Below are positions 11,201 through 20,340 of a DNA stretch of 64,000 nt, one piece after another. Below the pieces are notes generated by a model that had not been told where the DNA came from, did not search any database, and saw only the letters and a program-made list of their open reading frames with translations. Position numbers and translations under genes: made by a program. The DNA comes from Ascidiella aspersa. Its lineage: Eukaryota. Location of the stretch: the NCBI GenBank assembly GCA_963924565.1, contig OZ004610.1:7812001-7876000 (forward strand), in the 5' to 3' direction. Numbering within the stretch: position 1 is the first letter of the stretch; each line of letters begins with the position of its first letter.

Positions 11201-14200
11201 GAATCTGTGGAAGCGACGTGTGGCTACCATTCTCAGGGAGTCTGGTAAAGAAGCAAATTTCCAGCATCTGGTGGAATTTGTTGAAGAAGAATCCGAGGTT
11301 GCCAATACTGTTTTTGGAAAGCTGTTGGTTCCTCGCAAAAGAGAAGAAAAGAAGCAGACAGAAAGACAAACGAAAAAGAGCTCTGTTCACACCGTTGTAA
11401 CAAAGGTGAACAGAGCGCCAACCCAGCCCGTTTTTGTTAGGCCAGTACCAAGATGCTTGTTTTGCAGTCAAGGACATTTATTTGTGAATTGTCCATATTT
11501 AAAGGCAAAGACAGTTGCGGAAAGAGCCGGCTGGCTACGTGAAAAGAATCTGTGCTTTAATTGTTTACAGAGTGGGCACATTGCAAGACTCTGTAGAGAA
11601 GCTGTTACATGTACTGTTCAAGGCTGTGGAAGAAGGCATCATGCACTGCTGCATTTGCCTCCGAAAAGCATTCCTGTCTCAAGAAGTCCTGAAGCAAGAG
11701 AAAGGCACCCACCTGAAAATGATGTGCCTTCGACATCCAAAGTGAGTTGTAACAGAGTAAAGGACGGACACAGCGCCTATATGAGTGTTGTCCCTGTCAG
11801 GTTTCTCGCCAATGGCAAGGAAGTGGAGTCCTATGCTTTCCTTGATATTGGTTCAGATTCAACGTTTTGCCATACCAAACTGGTAGAGACGCTTGGCTTA
11901 TCTGGGAAACAAAAACGAGTACAAATGGATACACTTGGCAGAAGACCAAAGATACTAAAAGGAATTGGAGTTGATTTACAAGTTGTGTCCATGGATGGAA
12001 AGGAAGTCATTGATATAGAAGACGCAATGTCAGTTGACCATATTCCAGTTTGTCCATACACCTATCCTACTGAAGAGCAATTACAGCATTTACCTCATTT
12101 AAAGGTACTGGATATGCCAAGAGTTGATAGCCAGGAAATAATGTTGTTAATTGGCACCGATACGCCATATGCTCACCGAACCTTAGAAATTAGAACTGGA
12201 AGAAAGGAGCCATTTGCAGCTCGAACACCTCTAGGTTGGTCTCTGATCGGTCCTTCTCCAGACAAGGATACATTAAAGCAAACCGAATTCAGACAGTGGA
12301 GCTTGATCACCAAATACAAAGATCATGGTATCAAGATTTTCAAAAGGAACCTGGAGAACTAGAAATCCCAACTTCCAAGGAGGACAGAGAAGTTTTAAAG
12401 TTGATGAAGGAAGAAGTCCAGCATGTCAATGGACACTACTACCTTCCTCTACCATGGAGGCCAGGCATGAAGGAGCTAGAGAGCAATTTTATTATGGCAG
12501 AAAGAAGACTGCAGTATTTAAAAAGCGCCTGCAAAGAAACGAAGCGCTTCGCAATAACTATGTGGATAAAATCCAAGAGTACATTGAAAAGGGCTATGCC
12601 CGCGAAGTGCCGTCCCACGAGCCTGTCACAGGACAGGAGTGGTATCTTCCTCACCACCCAGTTTACCATCCACAGAAGCCGGGCAAAGTCAGAATTGTAT
12701 TTGACTGCGCGGCGAAGTACAAGGGCCTGTCTTTAAACGATGCCCTCATGCAAGGCCCTGATCTCGTTAATAGTTTGATCAGTGTTTTGACCCGATTCCG
12801 CCAAAATCCGATTGCGATTGTCGGTGATGTGGAGGCGATGTTCCACCAAGTTCGAGTCAAAGAGAGCGATGCCAATTCGCTTAGGTTTTTATGGTGGCCA
12901 GAAGGCAACATGGAAAGAAGACCCACTGTTCACCAAATGTTAGTTCATATTTTCGGAGCCACATCGTCTCCATGCTGTGCCACATTTTGCATGAAGCACA
13001 CAGCCGACATGTTCGGACACGAGTTCGACAAGCATGTGTCTGACATAGTGAAAAACAATTTCTACGTAGATGATTGTTTAGCATCTGCTTCCACAGAAAA
13101 GGAAGCAATAAGCACTATATCCCAACTGAGTCAGTTGTTACAAAAGGGTGGGTTCCATCTAACAAAGTGGATTTCAAACAGTCAAGCAGTTTTGGATGCC
13201 ATACCTGAAACAGAAAGGGCAAAGTCAATGAACGAAATATTTCCACAGGAGGGAATTCAAGAGCGTGTGCTTGGTGTGTTCTGGGATGTTTTTCGAGGCA
13301 CATTTGGATTTCGTACAAAGGAAACTAAAGAGGAAACTACGCTTACCAGAAGGAAAATGCTATCAGTCATCAATTCGCTGTATGACCCACTTGGTTTTGC
13401 AGCACCTGTTATTCTTGTCGCCAAGAAAATCCAGCAAGAGGTCATTCAGATGAAACTAGGCTGGGATGATGCAATCCCAACGCCTCTCTTAGTAAAGTGG
13501 AAGGAATGGTGTTGTCAACTTCCAGAGCTAAAACACCTGACATTGCCAAGGTGCTTTACTCCACCCAATTTCGGCAAAGTGATAAACCGTCAAATACATT
13601 ACTTCTGCGACGCATATGTTAACGGCTATGGTTTTGTTGCTTATCTTCGTCAAGAAAATGATGCTCATGATGTTTATTGTTCATTTCTGTGTGGAAAAGC
13701 CAAGGTCACGCCACCAAAGAGTGAAAGCATTCCAAGGTTGGAACTTGTTGCAGCTGTTCTTGCAATCAAGGCTGACAAGTGGTTAAGAAACAATTTGGAT
13801 GTCTCTGAGTGTGAATCTGTTTTCTGGACAGACTCAAACGCTGTTTTATTCAGCATTCGCAATGAGCGAAAGCGATTTTCAACTTTTGTGGCAAATCGAT
13901 TGTCAAAAATTCACCAGCAAACTACTCCATTTCAGTGGAGGCACGTGAGAACTAAGCTAAACCCTGCTGATGAAGCATCACGTGGGGTCACCGTGAAGAG
14001 GTTGCTAGGATCCAGTACATGGCTAAAAGGTCCAGCATATTTATGGAAAAGCAAAGAGTTTTGGCCATGCACTTCTAGCTCAGAAGAAAAGATACCGGAC
14101 GAATTCAAGCCCATAGAAGCAAAAACGTCAATGGCAACCTGCTGCGGTTCTATAACGCCATTGGAAACCTTTGTTCAAAGATATTCATCTCTGAATCGCC

Positions 14201-17200
14201 TAAAAAGGGCAGTAGCGTGGCTGTTGCGCTACAAACGTTTCCTACGTTTCAAGAAAGGAGGAGTTTCACAAGGAAGACTTACAGTTCAAGAGATTAATGA
14301 AGCAGAGTTGGAAATTGTGAAGTTTGTTCAACGCTCCGCTTTTCCAGCTGCATTCAAGGCACTATCAGAGTCAAATTCAAACGCTGATAGGCAGACTCGT
14401 CGTTGTCTTAAGAAGTGCGACCAAACGAAGTGTTTAAATAAACTGAATCCCCTACTAATGAATGGTGTCATAAGACTTGGAGGAAGATTGGACAATGCAC
14501 CTATACCATTTGAGTCCAAGCATCCGATAATTCTGCCCAGCTACCATCACCTTACGAAGCTGATAATAACCTATTATCACAAAGAAGCAGGTCATTCCGG
14601 AACTGCGCACACCTGGACCTTAATTCGCCAAAAGTATTGGATTATTAAAGGCGGTGCCGCAGTTCGGAGCACTCTGGCCCATTGCATACTATGTCGCAAG
14701 CGCAATGCGCCGCGCGGCCAGCAACTGATGGCAGATCTACCCGTGGCTCGTTTGAAGAACAGCGAGCCACCGTTTGCGCACACTGGAATTGATTATTTTG
14801 GCCCGTTTATTGTAAAACGTGGCCGCAGCGATGTGAAAAGATACGGCTGCATTTTCACTTGTATGACTATGCGCGCAGTGCACATTGAAATCGCTGAGGA
14901 TTTATCAACTGACGCATTTATTAATGCCTTACGAAGATTCATTGCAAGACGAGGAAAGCCAATTGAGATATACAGCGACAATGGAACCAATTTCGTTGGC
15001 GCTGAACGTGTTTTGCGCGAACTACTGGAACGAATAGATGAAAAGGGGCTGGAAACGCACCTTCAGCAACAAGGAATCAAGTGGTCGTTCAATCCGCCTG
15101 CAGCCAGCCATATGGGCGGAATATGGGAAAGGATGATCCGTTCAATTAAAAAGATTTTGAGCGGAATGTTGCATAAAGCACCTAGCATCAGCGAGGACAC
15201 TCTTCACACGCTGATGATAGAAGTTGAGAATATCCTCAACTCGCGACCACTGACACCTGTCACGTTTACCCCCAGCAACGTAGAACCTCTGACACCAAAT
15301 CACATTCTACTGCAAAGGCCCAGTCCTGTAATGTCACCTGGGCAGTTTGATGAAAAGGATAACTACAATCGACGTCGCTGGCGACAAGTTCAGTTTCTAG
15401 CAGACGAATTTTGGAGGAGGTGGACGAAAGAGTACCTGCCCACCATCGCTCTCCGACAGAAGTGGCCTGACAAAAGAAGAAACCCCGAAGAAGGAGATAT
15501 CGTTCTCATCGTAAACGAATCCATGCCCCGCCGTGGCTGGGACATGGGTCGTGTGATCAAAACCTATCCGGACAAACATGGAGTTGTCCGACATGTGGAT
15601 CTAAAAACGCAATCGAGTGTCGTAAAGCGACCGATTGCAAAATTATGCCTCATCGTAGAGGCGCGCACCGGCGTGCATCCGACACGCTCCGACAACTAGT
15701 CGTCGATTACTAGATCGGAGTGTGGTGCACAAAAGAAGGATGATATGGAAACGAACGCTCTGCTGGTTCACGCTTGCTCAAATACAGGCGTGACTATCGC
15801 GATTGCAAATGTACATACAGAGAGGCTTCGGTCTTTCGACCTTACGTTGATTTGCGCCGTTTTTTCGATGTCAATTGAAATGTACTGTCCTGTGTCGTAC
15901 ATTTAGGGGGGAGAATGTTACATCGCAAATCTACATTTTTGTAAACTGTTCCCCTTTCCGTGTAATTTAAATGGTTAAAAACACCGCCTCATGCGGTCAC
16001 GATGTCGCCTCGTTTTTTGTTGGAAACGTAGCCGTTTTGTTTGATGAGTTTTTAAGCTGCTAATGTTTTATTGTTAATGCCTTTGCAGAAGTAATTTAAA
16101 ACCTAAATTTGACCTAACTGTGTGAAGTTACATTTTCTGTGTATTTGAACGCAAGCTGATATTTTGGTAAGTGTTGTCTTGACTGTTGTAAGTGTACATG
16201 TAAACATAACTCAGTGTGTAGTAATTGTAAGAATTGTCATTATTGTTCATTGTTACGGCAATTGTTTTCATTGTGCCAACAATAACTAACCTAAATATCA
16301 TGTAATTATTACAGTTTGGCTTCGTACCGACACACATTAAATTGAAGACCCAGGCACAAACGTTTCGGTGAGATTTGTGCTATTTGCTGTTTTGTGTTGA
16401 AATATGTATATATAATTTGCCTATTCGTTGATTTTAGAAAACCGCTCACTCGCCTACATAATTGCTCGTCCTGCCATTTCAAGCCTTTAAAGCGTGTCAA
16501 TAATAAAGTTTTGGTTAGATGCTTTTGTGGAGTCTTTGGGGGAGAGAACTGTGTAGGAGGACGCGTTTTTTGAATCCTCAAACCTGAAGTACCCGTTTGG
16601 GCGTCTGCGTAGGCCTGGACGCAGAAGTAGACGCTACATAACGCTTTAGGCTTGTATAGACAACAATTGGTCATTTTAATGTTCCGCTTGTGTGCGAAAG
16701 CTACTGTAATGATGTAACACATATTTGAAGCGATCGACGTTTGGCTACCCCTTTTGCACATTATTGCGGGTTTCGTTTATGCTCATTTTAAGCCAGTAGC
16801 GTGTCACCACCATTATGCTTGCTTGATTTTGTTTAAACAGGTTTAAGTAAGCTTTAGATCACAAACAAGGGTGTGTTGATATACTAACCAGGGGTAGCCA
16901 ACACGTTTATATGGGCAATAACGCTCAATATATAGCAATAACACTAATGATTGTTTAAATTTCAGGCATTGGACAAAATGCCTTTCGACTTAAAATGACC
17001 ACTATAATCTTGATTTAAAATTAGCCTTGTAATTTATATTTATGCTTTTATAATTAACGAAAAATTTTACCAATCCCGCCATATAGTTGATTTATTAGTT
17101 TCTATATTCCCTTGACCGTAATTATTTCACACGTGCAAATTGCTGTTACGTTACACCATCTACATTCAAGCTATATTTAACGAATTCTTTGCTCCATCCA

Positions 17201-17365
17201 CAGGGCGCGTGCGACGCCGGCAGCGAACCGGCTCCACCGGCGCCGCAGGAAGAAGGCCTGGCCGGCGCCTTGGCCCGGGCCCTGCAAAAGCGCGAGACCG
17301 CTATTCAGTCGGGCTCCGATTCAGACTACAGCGGTGGTGAATCCGACGAAGAATGGAGCGACTAG
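836..17365 (+). CDS. WASL: N-WASP/WASP actin nucleation-promoting factor, 3' part (5' exons lie upstream of the window; internal exons triplicated)
   Basis: AG/GT-bounded exons translate to WASP-family motifs. GBD exons 836-972, 4188-4324 and 7543-7679 (MNNMDPDxKNLxAKAGI...FIYKFIEDQGGIEAI). CRIB 3'-half exons 2066-2108 and 5417-5459 (HVGHVGWDPNKGFD). Proline-rich exons from 1517 and 4869 (both truncated) and ~7891-8317, ending in WH2 RGALLSAIRQG. Exon 8665-8781 carries a second WH2 (RGALLDQIRLGAALKKP). Last exon 17204-17365 carries the C helix GLAGALARALQKR and the acidic tail DEEWSD*. Two WH2 domains are N-WASP-like. Confidence 0.93.
8950..9671 (+). repeat. 5' LTR (722 bp)
   Basis: Begins tgttacatcg and ends gacgctaca; direct repeat of 15916-16638 with about 4 substitutions and 1 indel by eye. 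Confidence 0.96.
9783..12362 (+). CDS. Bel/Pao Gag plus aspartic protease (first part of a frameshifted polyprotein)
   Basis: Gag core (KFNGEPMEYWPFIRSF); three knuckles CLFCSQGHLFVNC, CFNCLQSGHIARLC and CTVQGCGRRHHALLH; protease AFLDIGSDSTF and RTPLGWSLIG. Confidence 0.92.
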   Translation: MRVDILYRSSPVNRRTVQLHKHAAPSMQELKHDKDLLNDWYRTAENAMMYKDASLVKSVTKRIEEVSVRLINYYSKFLDWLPPGEKHDDFQQQLCGVIHGKMEMENRIRQFEQKLIDNIGHDLTSSSLTFLTSPVAQRTISAVKHLPVASESSHSLKSTHNSGSVAKTVSSTSSSTKRLEAKVRLEKARVRTSHVEKEQKLETEKLKLEAELKAQSQKLEAESRKLAARRKLEEAEAEVKVWETASRLSVEDHDEAHVNTCDPLVPKSPNEIVSEDDVRSPFKLVLPQSTVTQEHKHDYDPPAKEEVTQRESNAVVRGIMTAVGEAMYTPKTDAVKFNGEPMEYWPFIRSFETMIEKKAPSDQVKLNYLLGHCKGKAYSLIEHCTVLPPSDGYNEARSILYDNFGKPYIVSRAFVRQLTSGPNLKPDDSDGLQHFATSLRKCLLILKGLGNFSDLNTTDRLVELVLKLPYSSQNLWKRRVATILRESGKEANFQHLVEFVEEESEVANTVFGKLLVPRKREEKKQTERQTKKSSVHTVVTKVNRAPTQPVFVRPVPRCLFCSQGHLFVNCPYLKAKTVAERAGWLREKNLCFNCLQSGHIARLCREAVTCTVQGCGRRHHALLHLPPKSIPVSRSPEARERHPPENDVPSTSKVSCNRVKDGHSAYMSVVPVRFLANGKEVESYAFLDIGSDSTFCHTKLVETLGLSGKQKRVQMDTLGRRPKILKGIGVDLQVVSMDGKEVIDIEDAMSVDHIPVCPYTYPTEEQLQHLPHLKVLDMPRVDSQEIMLLIGTDTPYAHRTLEIRTGRKEPFAARTPLGWSLIGPSPDKDTLKQTEFRQWSLITKYKDHGIKIFKRNLEN
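12325..15699 (+). CDS. Bel/Pao Pol: reverse transcriptase, RNase H, integrase (homologous sequence starts ~12522; the 12260-12522 linker is in a third frame)
   Basis: WYLPHHPV, KVRIVFD, SLNDALMQGP, FGATSSP, FYVDD (RT); FCDA, IPRLEL, WTDS, NPADEASRG (RNase H); HHCC zinc finger, GIDYFGP, SDNGTNF, GGIWERMI (integrase). Confidence 0.95.
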   Translation: MVSRFSKGTWRTRNPNFQGGQRSFKVDEGRSPACQWTLLPSSTMEARHEGAREQFYYGRKKTAVFKKRLQRNEALRNNYVDKIQEYIEKGYAREVPSHEPVTGQEWYLPHHPVYHPQKPGKVRIVFDCAAKYKGLSLNDALMQGPDLVNSLISVLTRFRQNPIAIVGDVEAMFHQVRVKESDANSLRFLWWPEGNMERRPTVHQMLVHIFGATSSPCCATFCMKHTADMFGHEFDKHVSDIVKNNFYVDDCLASASTEKEAISTISQLSQLLQKGGFHLTKWISNSQAVLDAIPETERAKSMNEIFPQEGIQERVLGVFWDVFRGTFGFRTKETKEETTLTRRKMLSVINSLYDPLGFAAPVILVAKKIQQEVIQMKLGWDDAIPTPLLVKWKEWCCQLPELKHLTLPRCFTPPNFGKVINRQIHYFCDAYVNGYGFVAYLRQENDAHDVYCSFLCGKAKVTPPKSESIPRLELVAAVLAIKADKWLRNNLDVSECESVFWTDSNAVLFSIRNERKRFSTFVANRLSKIHQQTTPFQWRHVRTKLNPADEASRGVTVKRLLGSSTWLKGPAYLWKSKEFWPCTSSSEEKIPDEFKPIEAKTSMATCCGSITPLETFVQRYSSLNRLKRAVAWLLRYKRFLRFKKGGVSQGRLTVQEINEAELEIVKFVQRSAFPAAFKALSESNSNADRQTRRCLKKCDQTKCLNKLNPLLMNGVIRLGGRLDNAPIPFESKHPIILPSYHHLTKLIITYYHKEAGHSGTAHTWTLIRQKYWIIKGGAAVRSTLAHCILCRKRNAPRGQQLMADLPVARLKNSEPPFAHTGIDYFGPFIVKRGRSDVKRYGCIFTCMTMRAVHIEIAEDLSTDAFINALRRFIARRGKPIEIYSDNGTNFVGAERVLRELLERIDEKGLETHLQQQGIKWSFNPPAASHMGGIWERMIRSIKKILSGMLHKAPSISEDTLHTLMIEVENILNSRPLTPVTFTPSNVEPLTPNHILLQRPSPVMSPGQFDEKDNYNRRRWRQVQFLADEFWRRWTKEYLPTIALRQKWPDKRRNPEEGDIVLIVNESMPRRGWDMGRVIKTYPDKHGVVRHVDLKTQSSVVKRPIAKLCLIVEARTGVHPTRSDN
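15905..15915 (+). other. Polypurine tract of the LTR element
   Basis: aggggggagaa immediately 5' of the 3' LTR. Confidence 0.9.
15916..16638 (+). repeat. 3' LTR (723 bp)
   Basis: Direct repeat of 8950-9671, preceded by a polypurine tract and followed by the TSD. Confidence 0.96.
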
Positions 17366-20340
17366 CGCTCTCGCGACACCTGGCGCCCGCTGCCACCGAG
17401 TCGGCTTGCCGCTCGATGGCGCCACAGCCTCAAGTGACGTCTATAGGCAATCTCTTGTCGTTGTTGCTTGTGATAGGTCAAAATTAATGATTTTTATCGC
17501 CTTCAAGAATTGCAGCGGCTGGCGGGTTTACAATCAATATTTATTTGTCGCTTTGTTAAGAAAATAGAAAGTAAGTGCTTTGTATAGTTAGATATGCTTG
17601 TTGGGCGCGTACCCAAGCGATTGCCTTGGATTCTTTTCCCAAAAAGGTGAACGTTTGTTTGTCATTCCAAATATACGCGGTTAATTAATCCTTGTGTATT
17701 TCTTTCAAGTGGAGTTTTTCCAGACTTCTAAATTGCGTTTTTCTGCTTAAATCAATTTTTTTGGGACCAACTTTATCGCGTAATTGCCTTTTTTCTACCG
17801 TGATGTTTATCACTCGTCTGTGGCCAGTGTGGGTTTTTACAAGGAACGAACATCTAATATTTTGTTTACTTGTCGAAATTTTTTTTTGTCGGCTCTTTGT
17901 TTTCCGAAAGTATCACACAAGTAACACTAAAGGTTTAAAATTGCTGCCGTTTTAAATTCATTATACTTTATGCATTTAACGCCATTAAAAACGTGTGTCT
18001 TTCTCGTTTAAGCGCCACTTGATTATTGTATCTTATTTTTATGTTTTTTTTTTTTTTGAGTTCCCTAATATTATAGCTGAGTAACATTTTTAGAATATCA
18101 GCTTGTAGATATCCTTAAAAATCGTTTTGTTTAAGTAAGTGTACCTAACCCCATATATTTCGTATATTATTATCAGAGGCGTTCAAATCTTCGCCCCATC
18201 CATGTACAAAAGAAACCTCTCGGGTAATTCCCTTTTTCTCTTTACCCTATATACGCGCGTGCGTTTTAATCGCAATACTTGTGCTTTTTTTTCGATCAAG
18301 TGACGATATGATATATAACACGATCGTAAGCCCATGCTAGTTTGCCTTGTGATGCTTGCTAGTGATTTACAAAATAACTTATATATTGGGATTTCGATAT
18401 TTTCGTATATTAATTTGAGAGGCTTTTCGCTAAGTTTGTGAATCGTTAAATGTGTTATGTATAGCTTGAGTTCGTAACACAATTTATGTTGTGTGTTGCA
18501 ACCCTGTATAAAAGCAAAAATGAAAGTTGGACCTTTAGGAAGGTAGGCTGATTTTTACAGGTTATGAGGCTTAAATTGGCTTTGATGTTAAAAAATAGTT
18601 TGGTTCCATGCCAGGTATCCGACTTCACTCTTAACAACAACGTATCATTACTGTATAGAAGACAGTCTTCATTTTTTCGGTTCTTTACTGAAGTGTTTTA
18701 ATTGTTGTTTAATGTGTTTAGGATGTTGGTGTCGTGATAGCAGTTTTACCATCTGAAATGGCCAGACCTACTGCAGTTGAACACAAATTCCTACCACGCT
18801 CGTGAATTCAGATTGGATTTCTAGCAAAGTACTTTATTTATTTAAAAAAATATTATAATCAAATTAAACATACCGAATACACCCGGACAGGACAAAAAAA
18901 CAATATGTGCAAATAAAGTCATTACGCTTTAAAAATTAACCTGCCCACATGTTTAAACAGTCACATGCAAAGATGTGCAAATAGTTGTGCATAGTGAGAC
19001 GAATCTTGATGGTTTAAGTGCGATTTTGTTGTAACTGTACAGCAATAATCTCACCCACCAAAGTTTGTTTTCTTGTAAGAAATATCCCACAAAGAGTCTA
19101 AAATAGTCAAAAGAAAAATAGAAGTTTACAAACAATTTAACATAGGCTTTGGTAAACCTTTTTTCGGCAAAGAACTAAAAAGTGATTTTTACTTACACAA
19201 AACCAGAATACATCTTTTGAAGTAGTAGCAAGGTAAATTTCGAGCTTGGATGCTGACGAAAAGCGAATTGCATAACCAACATCAACGGTGCGAATTTCGG
19301 ACCGAACTTCGTGCAATACATAAGGTAATATGACGCTTGGACAAAAATGTAAGATTCACAGTGCTTGACAGAACGAAGTAATAAAATTTCACAGTGAACA
19401 TCAGTGTGCAAAGTGCTGGTAAACATTTCGATGTGAAGGTATTGTGACTAGCGAGGAATTGGCGTTGTTCGGCACGTATTTGAAAGAAATGAAATATGAT
19501 CACAGTGTCGAGTGACAGTTTTAGAAAGTTGGTCGACAACGACAACAAAAAACATTTCAAAAATCGTAAGGACGTTAGTACTGGTGTGGCGCTTTACAAT
19601 AAAAACACTACATGTTGCTAAATGACAAACGATACGCAAAATCTCAAATGTCGTAAAAGTAATAAATAATTTCGCAGGAAAGGTTCACACCGAAGTGGCA
19701 ATAAACAACATACCCTGCGCAACTTAGTAGGTAGAACGACGGTCGCGGTTTGTCCGGGGGTCGTTAGTTCGAAACTCTCAGGTTGCTTTTCTTGCTTTCA
19801 CGATATTTTCGGTAAGCCTTCCGAAGACATCGGGTGAACTACTTTTACTTGTAATGTGAGTCGTAATCGTTGGCAGTACGAATTCTGAAGGGCTTGTTTA
19901 CAAATAGAACTTTAAATTAGTGCCAATAAATCGTAAATCGTTATTTAACTTGAATTTTGCTATAAAATAGTATAGTTGAATTGCTAGAGGCCAAAATGGT
20001 CTTATACCCAGGGCTGCGGAATCGACGTGCGCATGCGCAGTACCAAATTTCGAAAATGATAAGGCCACAAACGGTAATTTGTATATGTGGAAGAGCATAT
20101 GGTGAAATATTTTCCAACCACGAATTGTAGGTGGACGAGTTATATAACACCCCTTTGAGTGAATTGCTGTATACCCACCATAGTCATCCTACAATCAACT
20201 TAGTTGCGCCATTGGAGTTTACCAAAATAGCTGCACAAATAGGCAAATTACACAAACCACTATCAGCGACACTACCCCTTAAAAAGATGCACATTCCATT
20301 AAAAACAGCTTCGAGCGTCGCGAGCAGCCCGCTGTGACCT

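Larger units (their letters stand above)
8950..16638 (+). mobile_element. Full-length Bel/Pao LTR retrotransposon inserted in the last WASP intron, sense orientation
   Basis: TG...CA LTRs at 8950-9671 and 15916-16638, 5-bp TSD TAACG (8945-8949 and 16639-16643), PPT before the 3' LTR. Domain order gag(3 Zn knuckles)-PR-RT-RNaseH-IN with Bel/Pao-type motifs. Confidence 0.97.
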
